Of a DNA stretch of 64,000 nt, positions 39,573 to 53,800 are shown in pieces. Source of the DNA: Auanema rhodensis (lineage: Eukaryota; Animalia; Nematoda); assembly GCA_964057225.1 (NCBI GenBank), contig OZ059895.1:6510001-6574000 (forward strand), in the 5' to 3' direction. Both the position numbers and the translations under genes were made by a program. The first letter of the stretch is position 1. Each line of letters opens with the position of its first letter. Under the pieces are notes generated by a model. It saw only the letters and a list, made by a program, of their open reading frames with translations. It was not told where the DNA came from and made no database searches.

Positions 39573-42413
39573 ATGGTTGAATGGTCAGAAAAGACATTGA
39601 CGGGATTTCCTATTACCAATGTAGCCTTCAATCAAACAAATAGGTTTTTAATTGTTTCTCATAATTTCTTCATCTGATCATTTCAGTCTCATAGTAACAA
39701 CTTCTGATTGTGCAATTACTGTGAATCATATTCAAAAATCAACCCCGAAAATCACTTCTGTTTGTGCGGATCCAATTGTGTCTGTAGTTTTCACAGGACC
39801 AGAAGAGGTTGGATAATCCCTCAACATATTTTAAAACCCATTTTAGTTCACTACCGTGTCTACAAGTGGTGAACTTGTCAATTGGACTGTAAACTCAGAT
39901 TTTCTTGTTGCGAATAATACTCGTCGAGTTACTGCGTTTGCTGTAAAGTAAGTTGGAAAAAATTTCAAGTAATTGTTGTACAATATTTGTTTTCAGAGAT
40001 GTGGTTTTTGCAGCCGAAGGAAGAGAATCTGTTTGGCTTATTCGAGAAGCAGATAAGGACTCTCTGTTTTTCCTTATTGGCGACCAGCCTTTGGAAAAAT
40101 TATGTGACGTTGAATGCAATTTAAAAAAAGGACAGTTAGCTCTAGGAGTACGTCGCAGTGTTTTCGATCATAAGTCAAACTTTTTTTAAGGATGGTTTTG
40201 CTGTATATTGTTCTGGAAAGAAAGTTTATTACGTACCTACTGATCAAGATGGTGATATCGAGAGCCATCATCTCACCTATACTGGACATTTGAATAGTAT
40301 GCGCTTCAATGAATTTAAGTAATAAAATGTGCTTTAAGATGCTTCGACCAAAGAAAACGAAGAAAATATATTTGAACAAGTTACTGCAGCACGTGATTTG
40401 GTTGTTGCAACTTTACATGTAGGAATTATACTTGTTTGGTAAGTAATAGGACGCGTCAAACCTATTTTTGGATTGAATTTTAGGCACAGTGCTGATCAGA
40501 AAGGTATTGAAAAGGGTAAAAACACTTATCATCAGATGCATTGGCACAAGGTATTGCAAGATTAATGCAATTTATTAGTAATTTATGTTAGGTTGCTCCC
40601 GCTGTTGCCGTTACTCCCTTTGGTGGTTTACTATCAGCAGGAGCTGAAACAGTTCTTTGCAAATGGTCTTTAAATGGACCAGGAAGTCCTACGATGCTCC
40701 CACGCTTAGCAGGACCAGTGGAAGATTTGTTTTTATCTCCAGATGCTTCCTTAGTAGCACTTCTCATTGGTTTCAAGCCTTCACATCGAACATAAAATTA
40801 CTTTTTATTTGCAGAAGATAACAGTCTTCATATTATATCTGTAGGAAACATGTCTTTCCAAAGCGCGATCCCAACAGTTAGTTGGTGCAAAAGAGCTCCG
40901 AATAATGTTTTCACGACGTAAGTATGAGAAGGATCTAAAGTTATTATTATTTTTAATTGTAGCGATCCACTGACTAGTAGTTTAATTCTGAATAGTAAGC
41001 CTGGGTCAATTCAGTGGCTTAATCCTAAAACTGGAGAGACAGAAAGAGAAGTACTGCCAACATTTTATTCTTTGAAATAACAAAATGGAAATCATTATAG
41101 GCTCGTATCACGCTTGAAAATGCCGTAGATGGTGATATGCCTGGATTAGTAAACGTTTATCATGATATCGAACATGTATGCTTGACAACAACTTCAGCTG
41201 CTACTTTAACTAGTATAGTAAATTATAAAGAACATCAGGTATGATTCAATTCATAAAAATTAAATCTCTGACGTATTGATTTTCTTTAGAAACGTCTGAG
41301 ATTCTGGAAACGTAGCTCAAATGATTACTCTATTTTGGAGTTACAAGAAACTACCGCTGTTCCTAATAATATTAAATATGTTGCTGGCTGTATAAGACCT
41401 GTTTCAGATGAAGATAGGGTAAGCTTGTAATTGTTATGAAGCTTTTATTGTTTAAAACTTTAGATATTTGCTTTATGCTCTGAAAATGGTGAAATCACCA
41501 TTTACAAACAATGGCAAGATGGGGAGCGTTGGCGTGTAGATACTTCCAGAAATCAACGCTGGCAGGTATGTGTTTTCTTTTTGAAGATATATATTATTTT
41601 ATCTTTCAGACTTCTGATGTTAGATGTGTTTCGGATATTGTACCAGGACCCATATGGGCCACAGCACATGTAGGAATAGGTGGAGATAACATAGTTATCT
41701 GGGATGCTTCTAATGTATATTAGCTTTTACAACTTATTTTATTGGATTTGTTTTCTCAGATGACCGTTGTGGAGGTTATTTCTGCTGATGGTGTTGTTTC
41801 ATCTGTTCAATGGGCTAATAGTTCTCATTGTATTTTTGCCACTGATCATTCAGTTACATGCTGGAATGTATCCACTGGACAAATGGTGTGGACTGTTCAA
41901 CAAGCTCTACTTATTCATTGTGGTCCAAATGGATGTTTTGCTTGGGACGACATGCAAGGTATGTAAAATGTAAAGTATATTTCTAAGTATCAATTTCAGT
42001 CATTCAATTCGACCCGTTCACTGGAAAGCTTCTTGATTCTCTCCGTTTTTCTGTACCCATCGAGAAATTAGTAGCTATTCCTGTTAGTTCTGATAACACA
42101 AATGTTTTCTTAGCTGGGAAGATTGAAAAGGTATACTGAAGTTCTCCTATAAATTTTCAACAGAGTATTCTAGGGTTACCATATTATGAGTCCACCTTTG
42201 GAAGTTGAAGGACCTACAGAGCCTGAAGCATTTACTCCTTTTGGAGCTTTATTGGCATCAGTCCGTGAAGCAGAATCTGTGAAAGTAGTCAAGCCTCAGA
42301 AAGTTCCTAACGCTCTTGATTTAATGAATGGGCCATGCCACACCCTTCCTCCATTATCTCATATTGCTCCTTTGTTTATATCAAGTTGTTTAGCACCAGC
42401 TCCTAGCGCTTGA
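39573..42413 (+). CDS. WDR75: WD repeat protein 75 (UTP17/NAN1, SSU processome UtpA)
   Basis: MHWHK...GLLSAGAETVLCKW...MLPRLAGPV...LSPD...DNSLHII, LNSKPGSIQW, RLRFW and a C-terminal PCHTLPPLSHIAPLFISSCL. Confidence 0.85.
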
Positions 42414-44175
42414 TGATATTCTACTGTTAATCTAGTTTGAAAATTGATTTACTTGTATATCCGTAGGAGTTAACATTTAAACATTTTATGAACGTTCTTA
42501 CAAAAGTGGTTTTTTTCAGATTTACATATTTCTTTGTTATATTGTTGTTGTTATCATTCTTTTGTTGTTTCTTTTGTTACATTGTCTGTTATTGTTCTCT
42601 GCTCTCAGAATCGCCAATGAAACGGTAGTTATGCACTTTAAATATGTTCTCATCTCGTTGTTGCCTCAAACTTTTCCGTCTCGGTGCTAGTTTAAGTGAG
42701 TGTGTGTGATTATCCACACCCTTAGAGGATGAATGAGGTAGATTATAGGTGATTGGCTCGCGAGATTTCAGACTGTTTCCCAATCATCCATCTCTGCCAA
42801 ATCTCTGTAAATATGAGCGAGCTGTTCAATGTTTGATTTAAACTTCATCTATTTATCAGTTCAAACACGTCATGGCCTATTTGTGTCTGTGAGATGCTCA
42901 AATCTAGTGAGGCCGGATGCGAATTTTCCAGAACATGTTGACTTTTTAGCAACTTTCAACAAAGTAAAATCTGGTTGAGTGGGTGATATTTTGAAATCAG
43001 ATAAACGAATTTTTACAATTTGGAAAAGCTGAAATTGCTCGCGCTTTTTAATAAGCAGATGAGGTAAACCGCTTGAGAGAAAACAAATAAAAACTTGTAT
43101 TACATATGATTTACGGAGCCACTGTCCTAATCAGCTAACATCATAAGTTTTCTCGAGTTGAAATGGTTAAGAAATGCAGTGCCTAAGCAACAGTAACGCT
43201 CTAGAAAATGCAGGAAGCTCTCTCTTTGTAAATTGGTTAAGCCGAGTTGTTTTCTTTGAAACAGAAAGCTCGTCATACTCTAACAGTAAAGAGTAGCAGA
43301 ACATGCTCTTGAAAGCAACGCACGTGTTTCTCATATGAAGAATAAAGACGTTTGGTTTTTTTTGTTTTTTTTTCTGACTCTCATCCATCTTATAGTCTAT
43401 TTGTGACTTTGTGAAGTGAAAACACATTCAATTGAACGTAGAGTTCAAAGAATTAGAAAACTCAAACATGGTGGTGACTCATATAGAGTGAAGAAGCAAT
43501 TACATAAAATGATTCATTTCTTGTATTATGTAGACGAAATTGAAGAATTATTCTTTATTTTATTTTCGTAATAAGGCTTTGGCTCTAAGCTTTGGATTCA
43601 AAAAACATTAGAACACAGCCGATTTGTTTTTATAAACTTTTTTTTGCTTCTTTCGATGAGAAGAAAAATATTAAAGACGATAGGATATATTGAATTTGTT
43701 TACAGGGCAGAATTTAGGACAGCACAGTGTCAAATCAAAAGAATGAGAAGAAGAATATTGAGAGTTTAAGAAGGAAAGAATCTGAGAGAGAGCTTAAGAG
43801 AGAAAGAGCACAGCAAAGTGTTTTCTTTATCCTAGTGAGGAAGCAGAAGAACTGGAAAAAGAGAGGGATAGAGAAAACAAAAGAGTGCGAGAGATAGTTT
43901 CATCAGCCGCCCCCGTAGTCGGAGGGAGGGCTGGACTTGGTTGTGTTGTCCAACGAATTGGATATATAGGACCTGTAAGCAGTGTCGGTCTCAGATAAAC
44001 TCATCCGAGCTGACAGTACACGAATGTGAGACGTTGAGCAGCTGCGATATTTCTATTTTTTGATTTTGATTACTGTATAAACGATTTTTGAAGTATTTTT
44101 CTTGAAATTTTATTTCTTTTAAACAATGAATTTATTATAATATTTATAGTTTTACTATATATTACATAAGAAACA

Positions 44176-44629
44176 ATGGTCGTGGAGCAACAACACTATC
44201 ACCGTCCAAGACCATCTGGACTAGCTGGTAATCTTACTTCCTTCATACAATTCAAACTTTTATAATGTTCTTTAATATTTTTTTAAATTTAAGGAGCTGT
44301 CCTCGATAAACAAGCTAGCAAATTTAACGAGAATGAAGCGCATTACCTACTTGAATGGATTAAAGTCAATATAATTTGTTATAATTAATTATTAAAATTT
44401 TATTGTTATAGGGACTTACAAAAGAAGAAATTGATACAAATGGTACTCGTGAAAACTTTAAAGAACAATTGAAAGATGGTCAAATTCTTTGCAAGTAAGT
44501 TATTATAGTTTTTCATATTATATATTAAAATTTCTTTATTATAAATATTAAAATACTTAAATTAAACGAAAATGATTATGTAAAGAAAAAAAGATCATCT
44601 GACAAAGCTCTCGTTATCTCCATATCACT

Positions 44630-44660
<31 letters not shown>

Positions 44661-45440
44661 GTCGACATGTCAACATACTTGAAACTGTCTGTTCAGATCA
44701 AAGCATTATGAAATTCTGATCTTTTACAAGATGTATTTGAATATTTGAAGGAAATGCATTAAGAATTCATTGCAAATAAAAAGAATAATAGAAAGAAAAT
44801 CTAAAAATTCCTACAGTTTCATCATATCGTAATCGTTTGATCTGTAAAAAGTTCCTGATGTTTGGTTCCTACTTTCTATTGAGCATTCAAGTTGTTGTCA
44901 TCATAGTTTTTCCTCGTGCAACAGGCAGTTGAATATGTCAAGTGGACCTAAAAAAGCCCGTAAATCTTTTCGTCCAAAGAATTTTCTTTGTAAATATGAA
45001 AATACCATTTTCCCTTGATTTTCCGAAAACATACACATATTTCATGTGTTTTATACTTAAGGCTCATCAATGCTGTACAAGCTGGAACTGTTAAAAAGAT
45101 CATGAAGCCTATGTCTAACTTCAATTGTCTCGAGAACATCAATCAATTCACTGCTGCAGCTCGTAAATTTGGAGTTATTGATGAAGAAGTATAACTTAAA
45201 TTTGAATTATATAATGTTAACTATATTAATTATATTATAGACTTTCCAATCTGTTGATTTGTTTGATGGTCGTGATCTTTTCTCTGTTACTGTCACTCTT
45301 CAATCGCTAGCTAGAAAGGTTTGAAAATTGAAAAACAGTTATAATCTATTACTAACTATAAACTTTATTTTCAGTGGGAAAAATCTCATAGCATTGCTCC
45401 TCCTCAGCAAATTTCCAAAGACAAGATCATGAATTTGTAA
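44176..45440 (+). CDS. cpn-4: Calponin-homology domain protein (transgelin/calponin-like), 6 exons
   Basis: HRPRPSGLAGAVLDKQASKFNENEAHYLLEWIK...[39 protein letters not shown]...ETFQSVDLFDGRDLFSVTVTLQSLARK. Not in the ORF track. Confidence 0.88.
44630..44660. repeat. (CTAT)n microsatellite in a cpn-4 intron
   Basis: About 7 tandem CTAT units. Confidence 0.9.
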
Positions 45441-46575
45441 ATTTCATATAGATAATTAATATGATAATGAAGCTAACATTCAATAATGAAAGCTTAAAGT
45501 AATACTATCCTTCATATTTTTGTATTTGTATAATATAATAATATAAAAAGAATATTGTTTCATTTTTATAAATTGATGACGGTTATTTTAAAAAATAATA
45601 CAATTAAATGATATCATTATCATATAATATAATGATTATAATCATATTCATTCTTGATCTTTTTCACTTTTAAATTCATTTATAATTCAATATCATTATC
45701 TACATATTATATATTAACTATATATAACTATATATATAACTATATATACCTATCTAATTAATTATTTGTATACATAGTATATTCATATTTACTAGATTTT
45801 ATAATAAATAGTTTGAATATTAATTATTTTTTACAATTAAACCGATCATGGCAACTGCAACAGACAAAATGGTCGCTTGGTAACTTATACGTGAATTCTC
45901 ACGTATATCATTGTCGTTTTTAAATTTTATGCTAATTAGGTCTTTCCTGTATTATGTATAACATAAGCTATATAAGTTGTAACTACAATATGCTTATATG
46001 CGTCAAAAGTGACGTTTCTTTGCACTGCTAAGCTGCTTACCTCAAAAACGTCATCAATTCTATGTTGAATGAAATTAGCTATTTGTCTTGACAGGTGAAA
46101 GTTTTATCTTCAAATTCTTACCTTGTGAGCATTTTTACTATTTCTCCTATGATCGTCATCGCTGTAATCTTATACTAAAACTTAAAAGCATTTATCCGGC
46201 CTGAGCCACAAAGTCGAACTTCTGGAATGAAAATGTATTTGTCGTTAGCTCAAATTTACTGAAAAGAAACGATTATCATGTCAGAATCATTCCAGAATGT
46301 GGGTAGGTAATTGACCCCTTTAAAGCTAAGAAGCTGCCGCACAGGAAGTCATCAGACTACCGTATCCGTCAGCCAGCTTAGGTCGTCAACGTTGACTATA
46401 AATAGTTTAGTTTCAGCCATTTGAAGTTATATCTCCAACATTTTATATGAACATATGCATATTGAAAATTCTATTTATCTTTTACAGTTTTTCTATTTGA
46501 AGTTATTTCCTTATATTCTATTATTGAATTATATAATCTACTTATAATCTTTTATAATTAGTAATATAGTTTAGA

Positions 46576-46955
46576 ATGCAATCTTTGGGTTTTGGTTTTG
46601 TACTTCTACTTCTTTTGGCTGTGCCACAAGTATCTTGTTCATTTGATTATCCATGGGTTTTGGATGCCTCACCAAGATACAACCCTGATTCTAGTTCAGG
46701 AAAACATTTTAATTCTATCTATGCTAAGTAAGAATATATAATTCTATATCATATTTTATTATAAATATTATTATATACTTTATAAACTTATTATAATTTA
46801 ATATAGGCGTATGATGCCAATGAAAGAACGTCGAGCTCCTTCAGATTTTGATGAATTTGGAAATATGATGCGTTCAATTGATGCTATTCAGAAACCTAGG
46901 TTAGTATTTACTATTTGAATATTGTCTATATTATTCTTTTTAAAGGTTTGGTTAA
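46576..46955 (+). CDS. flp-33: FMRFamide-like neuropeptide precursor FLP-33; exons 46576-46727, 46807-46899 and 46946-46955
   Basis: Signal peptide MQSLGFGFVLLLLLAVPQVSC, then ...KERR-APSDFDEFGNMMRSIDAIQKPRFG*, resembling C. elegans FLP-33 APLEGFEDMSGFLRTIDGIQKPRFamide. Not in the ORF track. Confidence 0.9.
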
Positions 46956-47750
46956 CTATAAAAACGAATAAACCATCTAGTCTCCTGTCTGCCTGTATGT
47001 CTTCTGTCAACTTGCTGCCAACCTCATCATCAACGTAACTTATTTTTAAAAATTGGTTTAATTATACATATATTTATATACATATATTGTATATAAATAT
47101 GTAAAATGTACATGTATAATCTAACTATATCAACTTCTTCCAGTTTTGTTTGGCATGTACAAGTTCTCCAAAATACAGTATACCTTAAATTCAAAGAGAA
47201 AAAAAAAGCCAAATAAAGTAGAAGAAGATTATTATAATTATACTCATTTTATGTGTATAAACTGTTAATAAATAAATTAAAAAAAAGCATCTTTAATATC
47301 ATTTAATATATATATGTGTATTGTATATAATGAAATAACAATCATCACAAAAAAATGTTATATTGAAATTCCAAATTCCATATCTTTTCTGATATATTAG
47401 AATCGGAATAACATTACAAAAGCTAGAGCCATCATGATTGAATTCAATGGATTATGATCAGAAAAGGTTATAAATCATAACAATCTGTTCATTATAATTA
47501 AAGTCTATTTGCATTTTCCCCGCCTTAATTTGTTTTTTTATATAAAGAGAAAAGTCTTTATACTATTATGATATAAGAGAGAGAGAGAGTTTAGAAGAAG
47601 AAGAAGAAGAAGAAGAAAAGATGGAGTAGCAGAGCTATGAAGGAAGTAAGTCATCGGAAGCCAAGTCAACTTTTTTTACTTGTAATAGACATGTTTCATG
47701 TTTCTAAGAAGTCAAAAACAAAAAATAAGAGTTCGAGTTAGAAACATAAC

Positions 47751-47757
<7 letters not shown>

Positions 47758-47812
<55 letters not shown>

Positions 47813-47831
47813 GGAGAGAGAGAGAGAGAGA
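47758..47831. repeat. (AG)n microsatellite just 3' of the beta-glucuronidase stop
   Basis: About 35 AG units with one interruption. Confidence 0.95.
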
Positions 47832-47868
47832 ATGAGACCTTCTACATAATCCGGACCATATAACATCA

Positions 47869-50863
47869 TCAGTTCTGTTGGAAAAGTTTTCCGTATCGAC
47901 GACGCAAAGTATAAGCGGCTATTTTAGGTTGACGATTTCGTGTAAAAACACCTTTATGATTTCCGACAGCACGAGTTGTAGCTGAAATAAAAAAAAATAA
48001 AAAAATAGTATATAATATATATATATATATAATATATATATATATATTTATGGTTAAAGACTAAATGTACTAAGAAAACATTGAAGAACATACACATTCC
48101 AGTCATGAAGTCAGCAAAATTCCAAATCATTTCTCCACATATTTTATTCTGTGAACGAAGAACATCAAAAGCTTCATGTGTTCGTTCAAGAAGATTGCTT
48201 TGATATTGTTCAGAGAAATCAACTGATGGCTCTTGATTAAGACCGGGTAAACTATCAGCTCCATATTCAGTTACAATAATTGGCTTATTGAATGTTTCAT
48301 GCCAAAGTGATAAATCCCAAACAACAGATTGATTAATCCAATCTAAATGTCCCATATCGATATACCATCCATAATATCGATTAACACATATAATATCCAT
48401 TAAATCAGCCTATAATTATTATTTTAGAATTATTAAAAATTTGAAAATATTACTGTTTGATCATTATCAAAGTTACTTGGTCCATATACCGTAGTTATTG
48501 GTCTTGTTGGATCAATTTCGCGAGCCAAATTGACGAGAGATCTATAAAATATTTAAATAATCTTATGAATAATTTAAAATAAATTTGTTTTTATGTGACA
48601 AAATATGAAAAAAACAATTTACTTGAAATAATTTCTTGAATATTCCTTTTCAGTATGTGGTTCATTGGCAATACTCCACATGATGACAGAAGGATGATTA
48701 CGATCTCTGTTGATCATATCTCTAACCATATTCATATGTAAAGCGTTGTTGTTCTTTGGAAATCCCCTATAAATATGAAAGATGATATCAGAATGATTGT
48801 AATCAAACTATAGTCACAGCTTCTAACTATACAAATCAATACATAAAGATAAGTAACTATATGTAATAGAAGATTATTATATGACACTTACTTTAATCCA
48901 ACAGCTGGTGTTTCAACAATACATGCAATACCACGACGATCATTCTCATACATACGTTCTTCGGCATAAGGATAATGAGATGTTCTATAGCAATTACCAT
49001 TCATCCATTCAACAAGGTTTAAATCTTTTGTCATTACAGCTTCATTATATCCACGTCCATGAATCTATAATATCCATTTCATATTTAAAAACCTTTTGAA
49101 TTCATAAAAGTATTAATAGTCTTACAACGAAAACATACTTCAAAATCTTCGTGCATTCCAAATCCAATACAATAAAATGGTTTATCATTTATCAATATTT
49201 GATTATTAGTCCAAGTAATGGTACGGAATCCGAATGTTTCACGGAAAACATCAAGAATTTCGCCAGTTGAGCTTCGAACTAATTCAACCTAAAGTAATAG
49301 TTAACATATAACCTTATAATTAATTAAATATTATTACCTTCATAGTATATAAATTGGGTTCTCCCATTCCTCTTGGCCACCATGGTTTAACATGAGCAAC
49401 ATGTCCTTTACCTTCTAATCCACGTCCATTATATACCTTAATATAATAATTATATAATTATATAAATAATTTAAAACCTCATTATTATTATTATCATAAA
49501 TATAAACAACAATATCTTCATCAGCATTATTTTGATTTGTAATAACTTGATATGAAAATGATCCTTAAAAATAATAATTATCTTTATAATTATTTTAATT
49601 AATTAAACCTAAATGTTCTGTTACTATAGATACATCATCGATACGGCTTTTAGGTAATTTCATCAAATATACTGATCGTAATATTCCAGCATAATTAAAG
49701 AAATCAAATAATCCAACCATTTTAAATGCTCCTTCTGCAGTTCTTGATACCTATAGTTAATATAATTATATTATATTAATTATAAAATATATATATATTA
49801 CCATTTGTCCGCTTATATTTCTTGCTGTTGATTTCATATAGTTAAAATCAGCTTGAGGTATAGTATCCCATGATAAAGTATTATTAACAGCTACAGTAAA
49901 CTAAAATATTATATGTTATATCTATATTTCATATAATATTTTAACTCTATTTTCTTGTCCAATTTTAATTTTACTAGAAATATCAAATTCAAATGGTAAA
50001 TGACCACCAACATGACGTCCAACTTCATCTCCATTTACAAACTATAAAGATCATAATTCAATTGATTAGATTATATACTATATGTAATAATTTAAAAATG
50101 TATAATACTTACAACTATTGAAAAGTAATTAACACTTCCAAATCGAAGAATGAAAGATGTGTTAGTATCACGAAGTGGTATGAAATTACGTTGTTCATAC
50201 CATACCCATCCTACATGATCACGTGATTCAGAATCCGGGATAATATCATTGTAAGCACTTGGTACAGGCATAACTGTTGCATTCTGAAAACACATTTGAA
50301 TATTATCACGTTATATCCACGTGAATTACACGAGTTTTACGTGTATTGATAAGCTTTATTTTAAAAATTGGCAACGTATCAGAACGGTTGTATATAATAT
50401 TATTTTCAAATTATATAATTTTCTCTCTATTTTCTTGGATGTATAGTATATTCACCTTAAATGTACGCAAATCATGAGAGTTCCATCGGTTACTTAAGCC
50501 AATATCCCCACTATTTGAAGTTTCTCGAACAAATGTCCATAAACCATCCAATTTATCATATTCTCTGATTTCATTTTTCTATAAACACATGATGTATGAG
50601 GATTACAAGTTTCAAAGAATTTTTTTTCTTTTCAAAAAAAAAAGTTTTCGTTTTCCCTTGTTATAAGAGATTAAGATATATGGTACTAGTCTGAAAATGT
50701 TTTAAACAAATCGAAAAAGAGACTGATGTTAAATCAGAGATTGGGTCAAGCCTGAGAAAAACGATGAAACAGATGGGTCAAGGCTTACCTGAACGGACAA
50801 CAGAGCTGTTGAAAATCGAAAGACGGTTATGGTACACAATATCAGCCTGTAAGTCCATTTCAT
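47869..50863 (-). CDS. Beta-glucuronidase (GH2) with signal peptide
   Basis: MKWTYRLILCTITVFRFSTALLSVQ|KNEIREYDKLDGLW, MPVPSAYND, HVGGHLPFEFDI, DFFNYAGILRSV, GFGMHED, YRTSHYPY, acid/base WSIANEP, nucleophile VTEYGAD, WNFADF and the N-K motif GNHKGVFTRNRQPK. Confidence 0.95.
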
Positions 50864-53800
50864 CTCTCTTTTTCTGAAGAAACAAGATTTTTTTAAGAAT
50901 ATAAGAAAAGATTTGATTGGATATGGATGTTAATGTTAATGGAAAGAATTCGATAAAAAAACTATGAAATAGAGAATAATGACTGAAAATTGAAATTGAA
51001 ACTTCAAACAGGAAGAATTTCAAGATTTGAGGTGATACATGCATGGTTGGTATCAATTCGCACCAACAATGATGATTTTGAAAAGAAAAGTGGAAAAGAA
51101 TTTGAGATAAGTTGTGAATAAGCTGTAACAAAACCTTTCAATTTGATTTGTTTTAATTGGTTATCAAACTAATCAAAGGAAGATGCAGCCAATCTAAGAA
51201 TGAGAGAAGAAAACACAAGATGAGGATAAAACAACAAAGCAAGAGTTCAGTTGTTGTTGCACAAAGTTTCAGAAGAAGTTTTAAATTTGAAATTAAAGTG
51301 AAAAGAAAGAAAAACAATAAAAGTTTTGATTTTTTCAAAAGAAAAAACAAAATGTTAAGGAATGAAGTATAAAAGGAAAAACCGAAAAGTAATAGGATGA
51401 GTAATATCAAAATAAAGATTTAAGATTTGAATAAAAATAATTTTGTATTTATATAGATTAAATATAGTTAATTATTAAATTATATTAACTATATATACTT
51501 CAAACTTAATTAAATTTTATATTTTTTTTTATTTGAATGAGAAAACGAGGATAAACCTTGGATATAGACGGATGTTAAACTATAACATAGACAAGCAGCA
51601 CATGATAATGAGGACATTGGAATGAAAACATGATGAATGATGCGACTCCGTCATAGAACTTGATGACTTTCCGGAAAACCGGTCACACAAAAACGTTCAA
51701 CAGACTGATGTATGTCCTTCACATTGAAAAGAGGAAAAAGAAGTTGCATTGTGATCTTGAATTGCTTTCAACTAACTCAATCAAGAGTAACTCATATTCA
51801 CATAAAAGCTTTACATTAGGTATTTTTTGATTTAAAATTTCATATGATCTATTTGAAATATATGTCCTAAGTCACAAGAATAACATTGTTTATATTGAAA
51901 ATAATAAATTTTTCTTAGTTTAAAAGAAAAATATTAAGAAATTTCATTATTTTAATGAAATTAAAGATATTTTCTACTGAATTCAAAAGAAAAATGATAA
52001 AAAATGAACTGTATTGATGACTAGTAGCTTCAACAACAACAAGAACAAAAAGTAAAAAAATGAGATTTGGAAGAGTAATTTTGATAAATCATTTTCATAT
52101 AAAACTGGATTAACTATTAGAAATATGGTCATAACATAATGAAATAGTAAAATATAATAATAAAAAATATTAAAATAAAAGATTATAAAGATAGATTTAT
52201 GTATATATGTATGTATATACATATATATATTTATATATTATACCCCAAATATCTTTTATTTTAAAATAATTTATATAATATTGAAAATATTTATAAAAAT
52301 CTTAAGTTTTAAGGTTTTTAAGGAAGAGTCTGAGACTATAAATGAAATAAGAGTTGTGAGACATTTTGAAATTTCTTTGTTGAACAGTATGAAACATTAA
52401 ATTCTTAATTTTCATTATTTTACTTTTGTATTCTAAGCTTTACAATAGATAAAAGTAAAAAGAAGTTTTTGAACAGCTGTAATGAATTGTTGTAATGAAA
52501 AAGAAAAAAATGGTTTTCGAGGAGAAACATGATAAAGACAGTTCTTTCTTGATTCATTACCTCGTTTTTCATTCAAATTTTCTTCTTTTTTTTTCCTTAT
52601 TATTATATCGTTACATCAGAGACAAAATATGGAAATTTTCATCAAAAATCAATTAATTTTCAAAGAATTGAACTATCGTTTGCGATATTTCAATATTCTA
52701 TACGTATAACTAATATGATATAAGATTGAAAACATCTTTTCTATTTACTTGTAATGATTCTCCAATCGCATAGTTTTGACAGCCTTTTCTGTTTTTTTTT
52801 TTAACAAAACGATCACCTAGTAGCCAATTCTTAATGTAGACATCATGAAAATCATGGAAGCAACAGGTACGTGGAAGAGATAATGTGTTTGAGTCAAAGG
52901 GGAACAGGGCACTAACCGGTTACACGTTTAAGAATTGCCATGATGAAGGAAGAAGGAGAATAGTGAAGAAGAAGAAGAAGAAAGAGACGAAAGAAGAGGA
53001 AGTAGAGTAAAAGATGAAAAGATGAAGGAAAATAAAAATAAACGGAAGTGAGGAAGCAAAACGATGAACAAAGCCTAGAAGACGTTCAGTTGATTTTGGA
53101 CCTCTTCATCATTAGACCATATTGCTTTTCACAAAAATTAGAAAAAGAGAAAGTATTTCAAGTTTATTTTGTTTAAAATTATCTGAAAAGGTAAGATGAG
53201 CATTAGTAGTAATAGAAGCAGAGAAGTACGAGTGAAATTAGAAATTGAAATGGAAAAGGGGGGGGGTGGATTGGAAGAAATCACAAGCGGATCGAACAGA
53301 ACAGATATGGCGATTCTGGATAATTGTTTCATATCTCATTTCGCTATAGTTTCTCTTTTTTTGTAAAGGGACAGCAGGTTGTTATAAAGTTTGTTGCAGA
53401 TTGAAGGAGAAAATAATGATAAATTCCCGATAGCTAAACACGTGTGAAGGAAGATGTCAATTGTAGAATATAAGAAAAAAAAAAGAAAATAATTTAATAG
53501 AAGTAACATATGGTATATATAAGGATTTCAAATTAGTTTTTTATGTTTAAAAAAGAAATGAAATCTATCATTTCAAGACCAAATAGAAGAATTCGTTGAT
53601 AGATGAACAACCCAGAAGTTAAAAAGTGCAGAAGTAAAAGGCCATGAAAGGACATGCAGTAGCTTTCAGAAGTAAAAATGCTATCAAAATGAATCAAAAG
53701 TGAAGAAAACTTTCGAAAATGAACTCAAAGAACAGTTTATTGAAGGAGAAATGTAGAGCTAGATATAAGAGAGTTTGATAAAAGAAGAGAGAGAATATAA

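Noticed and set aside
47869-50863. Beta-glucuronidase as a horizontally acquired bacterial uidA
   Set aside because: It has many spliceosomal introns and a signal peptide, and animal GH2 orthologues are standard in nematodes.
51556-51620. Candidate first exon of beta-glucuronidase (MSSLSCAACLCYSLTSVYIQ)
   Set aside because: Its phase does not fit the next exon, and exon 50863-50789 already provides an ATG, a signal peptide and an upstream acceptor.
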